A stretch of 64,000 bases of DNA from Adineta vaga. Taxonomy: Eukaryota; Animalia; Rotifera. Numbering within the stretch: the stretch's first letter is position 1; every line of letters begins with the position of its first letter. The notes beneath the pieces are model-generated. The model made no database searches. It was not told the origin of the DNA and was given only the letters and a program-made list of their open reading frames with translations. The position numbers were made by a program, and so were the translations under genes. The stretch is taken from NCBI GenBank assembly GCA_021613535.1, contig CP075495.1, positions 8,804,001 through 8,868,000 of the forward strand. Direction: 5' to 3'. Positions 1 to 14,500 of the stretch are shown piece by piece.

Positions 1-1155
<1,155 letters not shown>

Positions 1156-4095
1156 TCTGAGACAACAAGAAAAGTAAATAATATTTCCTTCTTTGTTTCT
1201 TCTGTTTCCAGTATCATATATATGTATGACGAGGAAAGATGACATTTCTTTTTTCGTTTCATTTGTTTGTTTGTTTGTTTGTTTTTTAATTCTTCGTTTT
1301 TACCCTTATTTTCTTCTTTAATTGGTCAAAAAAATACACACTCGTCTTCAATTTTTTTCTCGTTTTGAAAAAATAAACCTATCAAGCTGCTTCAGTGGCC
1401 GATGCTGCTGCTGTTGCAAATCAAATCTCGTGTTTCTCTCTCAATCTTTCTTTTTTTAGTTCGGATTGTTTGTACTATAACGAAAGAATAATGGAAAAAA
1501 AAACGAGAAGGACATATAAACTTCTCTTTTTCATCATCAATTCCAGCTGTCGCATACATCATATAAACATACATTTGACATTAGTCTTTCTCAATTTGTC
1601 GTCATTTATGTTTTCCTATGAATACAATAAAAAAAAAACTATCAACATATACTATCAGTCGTTGATGCATCATTATTATCACAAATCGTTGTTTGATTGT
1701 CGTCAGCTTGGTCGATCTTTTCATTTATTCATCTTCATTTTCTTCTTTTTTTTTATGTATTCGATCAAGTCTAGTAGATAATGTTTCAGTGGAGATAGAA
1801 ATTGAAATTTACTTTGAATCAATTTTGCTGTTTAAGGATCAACAAATTTTATTTGAGTTTTCGATCATATCTGATTACAATTGTTCAAATAAGAAGAGCA
1901 TGTGTCGAGTTTGTTTTATTGAAACAGTTCGTTTGGATTTAGACGAATACATATATCAATATTCTCTTATTATTTCTATGCTTAATTGTAAAACGAGAAG
2001 AAAAACTCAGGTAAAGAGGGAGGGAGAGAGAGAGATAGCTAGAAGCAAGAAATGAGATCAAACATATTCAATGTAATCATCATCACCCACGGCAGGACCA
2101 GGCGGCAACACAACAATAACTAATGAATAACATGTCGATTGTATGTGACAACGAGTCAATCTCCTGCTGAGTTTATAGAAAACGTTAGATCCGCTCAATA
2201 CTCAAGGACATAATCATACAAGCAATTTGACTTTTGTGACACTTGAAAATTTCTTCTTCTTCTTCTTCTTCTCTCTTCTGCTTTTTCAAAGACAAACTTA
2301 TTCCGTGTATAGAACTAAATGAATCACAATTGTTAACATATGTATATTTGATTAATTCGTTTTCTCTCCTCTTTCTTGTACTTCGTATTGGACAATTACA
2401 TAAGAAGTAATCTTTTGATGATTGGTTTTTATGAACAAATAGAAACGATAATCATCAAGTTTTGTATATATGTTCGAAGAAGACAAATAAACGAACAGAA
2501 AGAAAGAGCAAAATTGAAATCCAATTCAAATGCAAACGATGTGTAGAAAGAGCAAAACCAAATAATCTATCAAGTGGCGAGAGATGTATGCTTGTGTTAT
2601 TTTTCTTCTTGGATATGTCTTATCAACAATAAAAACGTAAAGTGTATGTATATATGTATGATCGAGTGGCTTTCACGCAACGACAACATTTCGAAATGCT
2701 GCGAATAGAAGTAAATTAAAAAGAAAACACAGACATATTCTCAATTAAATCAATCGTACTGACTTGAACACGTGTTAAAAATGCACGAAGCACTATATGA
2801 AAAAAGAACTACCGACAAAGCTTGCATGAATGTTAGTTTGTTCATTCAAATTATAAAGAAATATATCGACATTTTCCATTGATAGATAAATAGATAGAGA
2901 AGAAAAACTATCTGCTAATCTTTTCTGTTAATCAATAAACATACAAGAAGGAAATGGGCGTGTATGTTCTTTTACAAATGATAATGATAAAGTATATGAA
3001 GCAACAGCGGGGAGAATGAGAAGTGTACACAAACTAACAGCTAATTCCTTGGATATGAGCTTGTTAACACACATATACACACACATACGACGTTGATGAT
3101 GGTAAAGTACACGAATACAAGGGAAAATAAACAAAAAGAAAACGATGTACAAGTCGACAAGTATATCGATTGATTGGCCAACAAATAATTTGTCAAATAA
3201 TCTACGCCCAACAGATAAATCTGTTTACGGTGTCAGTATGTTGAAAAGCAAGGCAAAGGATTTTTTCACTGTTTATTCAATTATATAAATTACTCATTTT
3301 CTCTCAATAGAAAACAAGAACAATACAGAAATGTTATTAGATTCTATATGAACAGATTGACTACAAGGTAATCTTTCTTTAAAGAACTAATCAGAGTTAT
3401 TTACATGATCGTTAAATAGAAATAATCTATTGAAGATGAATACTTTTTTTTTCATTTATTTAAAATGTCAAGATCAATTGCAGTCGATTTCTATTGGACA
3501 ATCGTATTTGTAAACATCTCAAGAATAATATTGCTTTTTCCTTGTGTTTTCTTTCCGTTTATCTACATATATTTGATATACATATATGTTATGAATTTTC
3601 TATACAAGAAAGAGAGACATGCAGTCCCGGAAGGAACATTTTGTTCTCGTTTCAGAAGATGTCGATTAGCAGAATGAATGATGATGAAGATATGATCTAA
3701 TGCGAACAGACGATGAAATGTTGAGCCAACTCGTGCCAAGTGATGTTTGCCAGAACAGAAGTAAAAAAAAGGGAAAAAAGAAACATGTATCAAACATAAT
3801 AGCAGACACTAATCATTAGTTGAGTCGAGTCGATTAGTACTGCTGTGCATTGAAAGAACATTGATGGCAAGAAAAAAAGTCAGAGTAATTTAAGAGTAAA
3901 CAAACAAATAAGACTCTTTTCTTTTCTGTCAAGTAAGATAGCAATGTAGATAGATCATATTTCGAGATAAGTATGATCGAATTCATAAGCAATGAAAAAG
4001 CTCATTTTTTTATTCTTGCTTTTACGATTGGAGAATATAGTAACAAAAAAAATGAACATCTTTTATACACATAAGACGACAACAAAAAATGAAGA

Positions 4096-5165
4096 TTACA
4101 ATACTAAAAAGTAAAAATAAATAAATATAATAAATCATTGAAAGTAGTTTACTTACAGAGATAATCGTCCATCAATGTACCAACGGCAAACTAAAAAGTA
4201 GAGAAAATTTAGAATAAATAGTGAAATATCAAACTGATTTTTATATCTGATTATAAATTCTATTATTATCATGAAAAATATCATATAAATATCATGTGAA
4301 TTATATCGAAAGTTTCCACTATTATGGCATAGGTATTTTCTCTTAAACATACGTACAAAGTCATTTGCATCAACTTGAAGACCAGCAATTTTCACTCGAA
4401 TACCATCATCTGTTTGTATCATAGTATCCTATAGGAATAAGTACACATATGAATATTCAATGAAATAAAGAAAAAGTATGTTCATACATCATCTTTCTTT
4501 TTATAACATGGTGGATTTGCACTTGGATCATATTCCATATCACGGGGAATACTCTAAAGTTATAATATTCTAATCAGAATATCGAATGTTGTTTCATATA
4601 AATACGTACATGACGTGAAATAAAGCATGTTAAAGGACCAATTTTACAAAAAATGCCCATCTAAAATTGAAGAAAACAAATGTGTAGAAGAAATACGTAG
4701 AAGATCGATTTACTTTTGTCACTTGAGTAACGATTGCTTCGACAACTTCATGTTTAAATGGTCGAAATACAATTGCATGATATTTAACTGGAAAAATAAC
4801 ATAACCACGTCCTAGACACAGAAATAAAGCAGTATTTAAATAAGCAATCAGTTAGAATTTGATGTTTTTGTTACCAGGTTGAATTTTACCCACACCGATA
4901 TTGTCTAATGAGGTAACTGCAATAACATAACCATACCTATTCAAATGACAATGTTTCGACGGTAGATAAAGAATATAAATAACTTACTTGCCGATACATT
5001 TTCCTTCAACTTCTTTAAATAACATGCGTCGAACTGTTTTAAGAAGTTGAGGTCCAAAATAACGCGGATGAAGTAATATTTCATGGTCTAAACTAACCTG
5101 AAAAATAAATACACAATAAAATCAAAATTATGAATAAACATGATTTTACTCACATGAAAGAACAT
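4096..5165 (-). CDS. POLR2G: RNA polymerase II subunit RPB7, multi-exon
   Basis: Spliced translation MFFH|[37 protein letters not shown]|[20 protein letters not shown]...[19 protein letters not shown]...[11 protein letters not shown]|SIP...[11 protein letters not shown] matches RPB7. Introns are short GT-AG. Confidence 0.93.
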
Positions 5166-5907
5166 TTTTTGATGCTCAGTTGTGTATTAGATTTTTTTCT
5201 ATTACCAAACAAAAGTGAAATTCAATGGAAAATTTATACGTTTTCTTTTCTTCTAGACAACTTCTATCCGTTGGTTAAGAAAAAACTCATTCCTATAGAA
5301 TGGAAGAAGAGGACGCTAGTATATGAACTATGGTCGTTTAAGATTTTCGATATTACATCAATAGATAAAGTTTTTGAATACGTAAAAGAGATAATTGCTA
5401 TATTGTAAATTGGACGACTGATATTTTCTTAGTTTTTAGTCCATTTATAGGGTATGAAGTAAGACTTGTTACAGTTATAGCGCTGGTATTGACTATTGGT
5501 GACACCTACAATGGAATAGAAAAAGAAATTGATTGGAGGTTTTCATCATATAAACAATGGCTTTCATTAATATTCAATTCAATGTATAGTATAATATGTA
5601 AAAATATTTATTTATTTATCTCAATAAAATTACCATTTAATCATTTTGATGTGTCAATTCGTATTCTTAAAGTAATGCACGCTTAATTGTTTCAAAAAAG
5701 TGTATGTAATAAAGTTTATCTTCATATTCAACACACTATTTAACGTGCAAAAGTAATAAAATAACAATCATACTTCACCGATTGATTCTTTCCGTGAGAA
5801 TTGGGTCGTTTTGCTTGATTGTACAAACTAGTATCTATCATTGATCATCTAATACAAATTCTATATATTCTCTTTTAGATTAGTCATAAAGTAAAAGATA
5901 TATAGTC

Positions 5908-6304
5908 ATGGATTATTACTTAAACAAAATACCTGGTAAGTGTTTCTATTGCAAATTCTTTCTTCTATATATATATATATATATATGTATATCTGTCTTG
6001 GATAACAAATAGTCTTTGGAAGATTCACTGGTCCTCGACATTTTCAAATCTTCAAGAATGTGTATGACATTTAAACTAATCGCTTAATTCTGTATTTTCT
6101 CGAAAATATTTTTTGTATAGTGCACCATCATTAGCATTATTTGGTACATCAGCAGCTATTTACTTTCTTTATGTCAGTGATTGGAAAGTAACAAATGCGA
6201 AACTGCCAATTTATGGACGTAAATTTGATGAAATGAAACGAGCAGCAATGATCGAGAAACATGGACAACAAGCTGTCGATGAAGGAACAGCTTCTGATGA
6301 TTAG
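5908..6304 (+). CDS. UQCR11: Cytochrome b-c1 complex subunit 10 (UQCR11/QCR10), 3 exons
   Basis: Spliced MDYYLNKIPVFGRFTGPRHFQIFKNVAPSLALFGTSAAIYFLYVSDWKVTNAKLPIYGRKF fits the RFxGPR...TM...DW...P..GKF pattern of UQCR11. Confidence 0.8.
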
Positions 6305-6575
6305 AGTTCGTAGAAGAAATTTCAATCAGATCGTTTTCTAATCGTTTCATTTTAATTTAGTTATGTCATCTCAACAACAACAAAAATCAATCCATACGAG
6401 CGGTCAATCATTTATAGTGTGTAGAATGACATGCTCATGTAATCCCTATGATTATTTTCTTTCTTTTTCGAAATAGAACACAGTTTGTTTTCTTTTCATC
6501 CATCCTCTAACATTATTTTCTTTTCTTTTATATCCGTACAGATTTCGTTTTTTCAGATGAACCATATTTGATATA

Positions 6576-6716
6576 ATGACTCCAACTGATATATTTCAAT
6601 TTTGCTTTAATTATCCAGCTTTGGTTGTAGCTGTGGTACTTGGTATTATCCTTTGGTCAATGGTTATTATGGTTACTTTAGGTGGTGGTCGAAAGGTAGC
6701 CGAAAAAAGAGAATAG
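6576..6716 (+). CDS. 46-aa single-pass membrane microprotein (unknown)
   Basis: ATG at 6576 to TAG at 6714-6716 encodes MTPTDIFQFCFNYPALVVAVVLGIILWSMVIMVTLGGGRKVAEKRE: one ~21-aa hydrophobic helix and a charged tail. Polypyrimidine-AG acceptors lie upstream at 6540 and 6555. Too short for the ORF track. Confidence 0.55.
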   Translation: MTPTDIFQFCFNYPALVVAVVLGIILWSMVIMVTLGGGRKVAEKRE

Positions 6717-6881
6717 AACAAAATGATTTTTATTTCAACCTAATTTTCCATTTTTATATAGTAGTTTCTGTTCAAAACGTATGCTATACATTGTGCAATG
6801 TGCTTTTTTTAAATGATTAAAATTCTTTTTTTTTAAAAGAAGTGTCTATCTGTTTGTATTATTGTCCCTTTCTTTTTTAAA

Positions 6882-7329
6882 TTAATATCCAGTATTTCTA
6901 AACGACATTACAGAAGGAATTTGGTTTGGTACATAGTTAAAAGATGTGGGCGCTTTAACCATTTGATGACTAACAGTTGGTTGGGGTATGAAATTATAGG
7001 GAGTTGTTGTAGTTGTTTGAGCAGTAGGAAGTTGAAGTGGTTGTTGAGTATTAAACATAAGATGTGGTGGGATCGATGATTGAATATAACCCAAAGTATG
7101 CATGTTCGGTTGAGGAGGATAAACCATGGTTGTCGTTGTTGTAGGTTGTTGAAGATGATTATGCGTAAAAGTTGTTGTTTGAGTTGATTGTTGTTGTGGA
7201 GCATATGATGCAGCAGGAGTATAGGTTACTTGTTGCTGTGGAAGAAATGTACCATGAAGAGCACATGTAGCTTGTTGTGGTTGTACTTGAGAGTATTGCT
7301 GAGAAGGAATGAAAATTGGCTGAGTTCCT

Positions 7330-7360
<31 letters not shown>

Positions 7361-8163
7361 TTTCTTCTTCTTCTTGATCATCTCCTTCTTCTATTATTTG
7401 TTTTTCTGCTCCTCGGTCGTGACCTGATTTTAAACGAATTAATCTAAGAAAAACTGATGTAGTTCAAAAGAACAATTCGTTGGACTCTTCATACTTAGAT
7501 CGTGTAATAGGTTTTGATTTTCCTAAAAATTTTTCTCGATTAATAATACGAACTTTTTCCGGTGGTACTTCGATAATATTCTCAATAATTTGAGGGGGTG
7601 GGCGACGAACAAACACGCGTTCAATAACCTTCGTTTGAGGTGAACGAAGTCGGTGATATACTCTTTTAACCTTGGGTGGTGGAGTTGGTAATCGATAGAC
7701 TACAGAAAAAGATTTTATGATTTTAATTTTATTATTAACGCGAAAAATAAAAGATTCAATCATACTTTCTCGTAAATGTCGATCATTGATTTTTATAACC
7801 CCAAGTGGTTTACTTAAACTTTCGATATCATCTGTATCATCACCACTCGATGAACATGAGGCTTCTTCATAGATCGGTTGATGATTTGCTTCTATTGGAT
7901 GTTGATAATATTGTTCTGTTTGAGAAACAATACGATTTTGATGTGCAGATTTCGACTTTTGAACGATTGGTCGTTCGCGTGTTACTAATCGTCCAAGATA
8001 TTCGTAATCAGATGGTACAGGAGATCTAAATCAAAATATATTAATAACCATTTAATATAAGAGAATAACGAGAGAGAAACTTCAATGCATTTGTTGCACT
8101 TTGTTGAGTTGATGCTACTGATGATACAGAAGATGAATGGGTTGAATATCTTGACTGCCGCAT
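6882..8163 (-). CDS. Uncharacterised low-complexity Pro/Gln/Tyr-rich protein, 4 exons
   Basis: In-frame splicing of MRQSRYSTHSSS...|SPVPSDYEYLGR...|IYRLPTPPPKVKRVYHRLRSPQTKVIERVFVRRPPPQIIENIIEVPPEKV...|Q/P/Y-rich tail to the stop at 6882, using GT-AG introns. Confidence 0.7.
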
Positions 8164-8946
8164 GATAAGCACCGATGAACAAATGAAATATGAGTGATAT
8201 GTTCAAGTTTTTTTTGTCGGTATAAATCACAGGAAAAGAAATCGTAGTTATCGGAAGGTCACATATAGATACGGTCGACTGAACACTCTAATGTATAATC
8301 ATCGTTTATCGATGTCCTTTTCCACACCTTAAGCATGAGTTATGTTTAATTTTCTTTTACAGATATAAAAAAATTAAAGTACCGATCAATTATCTATTTG
8401 TTAGTGAATAACCATGGTCTGATTAATCATCAACGCAGTCGCTTGGGTAGGTCGTCGTATTGGTAGCGCATTTCGATCTACTCCACAAATAAATGAACCA
8501 TCAGCTACAGTAAAACAACAAACATGACTAATGTCTGGGGGTGGTAATTGTTCTGTGAAGACACAATCTCGTCGTTCAGAAAAGAAACCATCCACACCAT
8601 GTTCCACCCAAAAAAATGTTGTTAGCCGTACTGATGATATTCGTCGTCGTCCATCCTAAAAAATAAATATTTCTAAACATACTGTGCGAATAGATACAAT
8701 CAAATTGCTTCTCGATCATGATTATGATTTCCTAAGTCATAGACGGATATCATAGGAATCGAATATCAAAATGCAAATTGATTCATGTGTTTAATCATCA
8801 CATCATGTTATTTTCGATTTTATTTATTTTTTCTTATTAATTCGATTCCAATATATTCATCCTTTCATTTATTATTAAACCAAAATAAATATACATGCTT
8901 GTGCTCGAATCCTTTTATTAATAAAAATTTTGCATCTTCCAGATTG

Positions 8947-11155
8947 ATGTATTCTTCTTGTCTCACAAAGAGATTCATCTCACCATACTATTTAAAACAT
9001 CAGTAAAGATATTAATGATTTGTGAATACATATATATATATAAATCAGTTTTATTGAAGGAAATGCTTTTATTCATCGGTACAACCTTATGCTGCTGTTG
9101 AACCTTCACCAGAGAATTTACCAACATTTCTTACTACGGATGTTTTACGTGATCCAAGAAAAAGGTAAATAAGAATGTTCAACCACGATATGCTGATGTT
9201 CTGATCTGATCTATAGCTTTCTTATTTCAGAGCTATTGAATTGTATATGCCATATCACAAGATTTCCTATGAGGAAGAATTAAAAGTTTGTTGATCACAT
9301 TTATACAATATTAGATCAATATTCGTGATAAATATTTTGTTTTGAATAGCTTAAACAACGTCAAATTGAAAGTCGATTTCAAACAGTGGCTAAAACACTC
9401 TTTTATGATCGAGCTCTTCATCCATCAATACGAAAATTAATTCGAACGAATGATGTAAATCTATGTCCTATTCGAGATATTCAACGAGCTGTAAGAGACT
9501 TTTGTCTACATTGAACATAAAACTTTGTTACATTGAATATTTTCATCTTCTATTAGTCTTCAACAACTGAATATCTTACATCGTGTATTGCTGATCTTGG
9601 TAAAACACGTACAGGTGAATTAGCACTTGGTCTCGCTAATCGACCAATTTCAAACGAGTATTCTGGTAAGAAGATTTTGTAATTCTATTTGTGTTATAGG
9701 ATCCTTTTTTTAGCACCGGCTGATGATCGACAGATGATGCTTGTTGTACCTATTGATGATCTTGATATATATAAAAAACGTGATCGATTAATTGTCAAAG
9801 TAGATACAAATATTGTAGTCAATTTATATAAATTCTATGGATTTGTCTTCTAGCATTACCATGATTTTCTTCTAAAAGAAGTAAAAGATGTATCCAGTAC
9901 TGAATATGTGTTGCATCATTGGCGACCAATACGTATTTATACAAATAAAAAAGATGAAAAAATTGTTGTTATTGGTTATTTTGATAGAAAAACGAATAAT
10001 ACTGTAAGACATTTGTTTTTCAAAAATTAATCTTTAATGAATTTCAATATGATAAGGATCGACAAGCTGCTAAAGAACGATTACTTGCATATTTTGAACA
10101 TGGTCCAGGACGAGAATGTCAGATAGAACATTTATATTTTGAACAACGGTTCGTTAAATTTAATCTATTTTCTTCTTGATGATTAATGTTCTCATTTTAG
10201 AACTCAACGCTGGCCAATTATCATCAATGACTCACATTACGAACAAATTATTGGCAATAAAAACCAACCATTTACTTACGATCTGTTTGGAATGAAATTT
10301 GAAGCAAATATGCAATCTTATGGAATACCAAATTTAACGGCTTATGAAGTTACATATGCTGAAATTTTGAAACTATGTAATCTCGATCCAACATCTACAA
10401 TATTTCTTCAATATTTTTCTGATCTTGGTTTGTTTTATTTTACAATATTTATCCAAAAAAAAGTAAGAAAATATTGATATTTTATAGGTGTTCTACCATT
10501 GATTGCTGCACAACATGTTGATCAATGTTATGGACTCGATCCAAGTCCTTTTGCAATAAAAACTGCCATGAAAAGTCAAGAAAAATATCGTATTCATATG
10601 TCTTCTAATTGATTTGTTTTATTATTAGTTTTTCTGTTTATTTTAGCTCATGCACAAGATGTACAGTTTCGAGTTTGTACAACAAAAGATGAGTTTAAAA
10701 TCATATTAACAGCAATTGAAGAGAATAAAAAGAAGAATGCTTCTTTAACATGTGTTTTTGGACCACCAAGAGGCGAACTTGAACGACAAGATTTACGACA
10801 AAGTACTAAGAAATTATACTAGTATATTTTTGTAATACTTATGTACATATTTATAAATTAGATAAAACTATTGTTAATGCTCTACGTGAATGTGACTTCA
10901 TTGATCGATTAATAGTTGTAAATCGTGGAATTAGTCCATCTACTCTACATCTATTGTATAGGTAAATCATTCTCGTTCTAACTGCATAAATTACAGTTTA
11001 AGAATGTTTATTTCTTTTTTAGTTTATCCGGTGGTGAAAGTTCAACTCATAAGATATCTGGTTCACCATTTAAACCTGTACTCATCATTCCATTTGATGT
11101 TCATCCTCGATCTAAACTTTTGCCAGATTTTCTCATGATTTATGAACGTGATTAA
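8947..11155 (+). CDS. TRMT2/TrmA-family (uracil-5) methyltransferase-like protein with mitochondrial-type presequence and degenerate active site, multi-exon
   Basis: Spliced translation is collinear with TRMT2A/B landmarks: PYHKISYEEELKLKQ, HWRPIRIYT, YFEHGPGRECQIEHLYF, DLFGMKF, GPPRG, GSPFKPVLIIPFDVHP, and terminal YER. The N-terminus MYSSCLTKRFISPYYLKHQKCFYSS is basic and lacks acidic residues. Confidence 0.8.
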
Positions 11156-11590
11156 AGAAAAATAATTGTATTCATATCATATGAATAAAAGTCGCATAGG
11201 AAAATTAGACGAATCTATAATTTAATGCATAGAATTGATCGATGATGTAACAATATTTCTCATTAATATGATTCATAGTCATTCGTAGCATTCGTTCGAA
11301 CTTGAATATCAAATAGGTTTTTATAATTTATTAATGAAGAAGTTATGTCACCACGAAGTATCTTTATACTTTTCTGACAACTAGATGTATGTTATGGGAA
11401 GTTTAGATTGTCTTTAGTTACAGAGTAAATATCTCTATATGCTAACAATCAACAGGAATCTAAATATCAATTAACGAACGTTTTCATCATCTCGACTGTA
11501 TTCGTTAATATTACTCCGATGATATTAAATATCATTAATTTGCTTATTTTTATACTTTTTTTATTAAAAAAAAAGCAAAAAATGAAATTT

Positions 11591-14500
11591 CTAACTATCT
11601 TTATTTTCATCTAAATTAAGTATACGATGCACACTTTGTTGAACATTTTCTCCAGTTGTCTTCCTTTCATTATTAGTTAGTGTTTCATCATTATCTACTG
11701 CACTCGATGTTTTTATGTCAATAGGTGTCGGTTGTGCTATTGTTTCTTCGTGTTTCGTACGTTCTCGAACGATTTCATTGGCTTCTTCTACTTCTGCTTG
11801 AACTTCTTCGGGTGTTCGAGAACCTTTACGATTTGTTCCTAATATATTTGCTGCATCTTCTTGAATAACTTCTGAAATCGATCGAAGACGCGGAGTAGGA
11901 CTTGCCGTCGTCGTCGTTGTTGTTGTTGTTGTTGTTGTGGGTTCTACAACTAGTGGCGTATCGGTTGTAATAACAGGCTCAGAAGGTGATGGAAGAGATG
12001 ATGCATGTTTTCTCTTTGTTTTTACTTCTTTACCGATGATTTGAAATTGTTTCTTATTTTTATTCTTTTTCGAGTCAACTCCAATCTTTGTATTGGCTAG
12101 ATTTTCATTATCGGTTGAGCGTTTTGGTAAACTACTAGGTTGTTTTCTCGACGTTTCTTCTACTTCGTTAGTTGCTGTAGCTGGTGTTGGTGGTACTTGC
12201 AACGGTGGTAATGACGGTTTTTTATATAATTTCTTCATTGTTTCATCTACACGTCGTTCCGTTGCTTTATCATCGGCACCTAATTTCGTTACTCGAGCAT
12301 GTATAAATTGTTTTGCTCGTTGTTCTTTTTTAGTTTTCAATTTTTTCTTTGTAGCTTTCTTTAATTTTTTCGACGTTGTTGTCGTTGATACTATCTGTTC
12401 ATTTCCGTCTTCATTACAAAAGGAAAAGGTCACAGGTAATGGTAAAAGACAAATCGATTTCTTAGCTGGTGGTATAAGACCAAATAGAATATAAGATGAT
12501 CCACGACGAAAGTATTCCATAAATGGTGTTTCATCAATATCATCGATATTGAGAATTTTTTCAATGGATTCTTCGACTTTTTTAATAATTTTTTCTTTCT
12601 TTTTTCCTTTTGATGAAGTTTTTTTCATACGTGTTTCTCGTTGACCATCAACAGAAGGTGTATCTTTCGTTGCATCAAGTTTTCGTCGGATCGATAACTG
12701 AAACAGAGAATAGAAAAGAATTCAAATCTTTTGTTCGTATTGAAGAAATTCAACGAACCGATATTTCCATCCGACTGCTCGTTGTTCTGGAGTTAATCGC
12801 GTTAATTCAGGATCCATTTGTTCACGAACTGGTATCCTATCTAATTGCTTACCTTTGGATACTTTTGATTTATCACCTTTTTGTGCTTGTTTCATCTTCG
12901 ATATACGATATCGATATTCCCAACCCACAGACTTTTTGTTCTCAATAGGTTTTTGTTCGACAGATTCAGTTTTTTTCTTCTCTATTGATTTTCCTTTTGA
13001 AACAACAATTTTCTTCTCACGTTTACCACCTAACGTTGTGATATCAAATGGTTTTCCAGTTACTAACGGTTTCATGAGAAAAAAGCAGATTTTATTTTTA
13101 AAACTAGAATGCAATTATTCAACAATAAACTTACTTGCTTGTTGATGCTTTAAATCATCCAATTTACGACGTATACGATAACGATATGCCCAACCAACAC
13201 GTCGACCTTCATCACTAATTTGTCGTAATTCACTATCAAGTTCTTCTTCACCTTCGATAGGTTTGCGATTATCATCTCGAGATTTATTTTGCTTTTGCTT
13301 TTGTTCACGAAATGCTTTACGTTTTTCTTCTTCATCATCAATAAAATCTCCTCGTTTCTTAGCTTCATTCATTTTACTGATACGATAACGATAGCGCCAA
13401 CCTGCATGAGGTTTATTTTCCTAAAAATATCAGTAAGTCGATCATGAATCATTTTATTTTCAAAATAAATTTTATTTTACTTGTGCAGCATTTGCTACTT
13501 CTTGTTGTTTTTTTAATTCATCAACATCAGGTGCAAATGGTTTATCTAAAACACGTTTTCGTCTTCCACTTAATTCTTGTGGTGTTTTCCGTTTAATTGC
13601 TTGTAAACCTAATTTTAAACGTTCTTGATCTTCACGAATATTTTCACGTAATGAATCAATATAACGAGATACACGATAACGAAATTGCCAACCAACACGA
13701 GGTTTAAATAAACCACGATCATAGGAATTAACAATCGCAATTGGATCTGTTGATTCTTCGAATGATTTCATTTGACGACGTGTGTTCGTTTGTTGTTGTT
13801 GTTGATGATGATTATCGTCATGTTTTTCAATTTTAGCATCTTTATGTTTGCTCTTCGATGCTAATAATTGACGTTTAGGAATAAATGTTTCGGATATTAA
13901 TACGGAATTGACAATGTCTGGATTAGATCTATATGTATAAAGGGGAGGTTAATATTTACAGACGGGTTATTAATTTTGTTTTATTTTGGAATTATCTACC
14001 TGAAAGACTGAAAATGTTTTGTTTTATGAAAATAAAAAGAAAAGCAAATGCAAATGTATTCTTTACTAAAATGTGAATTTGGAGAAAAGTCTACTATATG
14101 TTTTATTTGATTGATATAGGAATCTAAATTAGAACATACAGAAGAATGTCTACTAAAGCTGTCTCTATCCTACACGAACGATTAATTTTTTTCACTTTAG
14201 GAAAAATTATTTTTAATCGTTCGTGTCATAGTTGTCAATTGAAAGCATTTTCAAATTGAATAGAAAATGAACTTACATTTTATCGTTACATTCGCTTGAA
14301 TCATCTGTAGCACAATATCCAAGCAATTTCCGTTTCGAAACTTTTGTATCATTTTTTGAATTTGTTTTCTTTGACTTCTGTTTTGATTTTGAATGTTGAG
14401 ATTTTTCTTCTCCCTTTCCACTTCCTTTATTTTTGTTACCAGTACGTTTCATTTTTTGAGCATTCAAATAACGTGAAATTCGATAACGATATGCCCAGCC

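Noticed and set aside
1156-4095. Many 60-130 aa ORFs in the track downstream of FoxG
   Set aside because: Phe/Ile/Lys-rich translations of AT-rich and microsatellite DNA with no splice logic or motifs; most likely UTR or regulatory sequence.
8700-8760. SECIS element for the TGA-interrupted frame at 8414-8658
   Set aside because: The ATGA...AA...GGAT pattern is present, but the AA falls inside a short stem and the helix length does not fit the canonical SECIS geometry.
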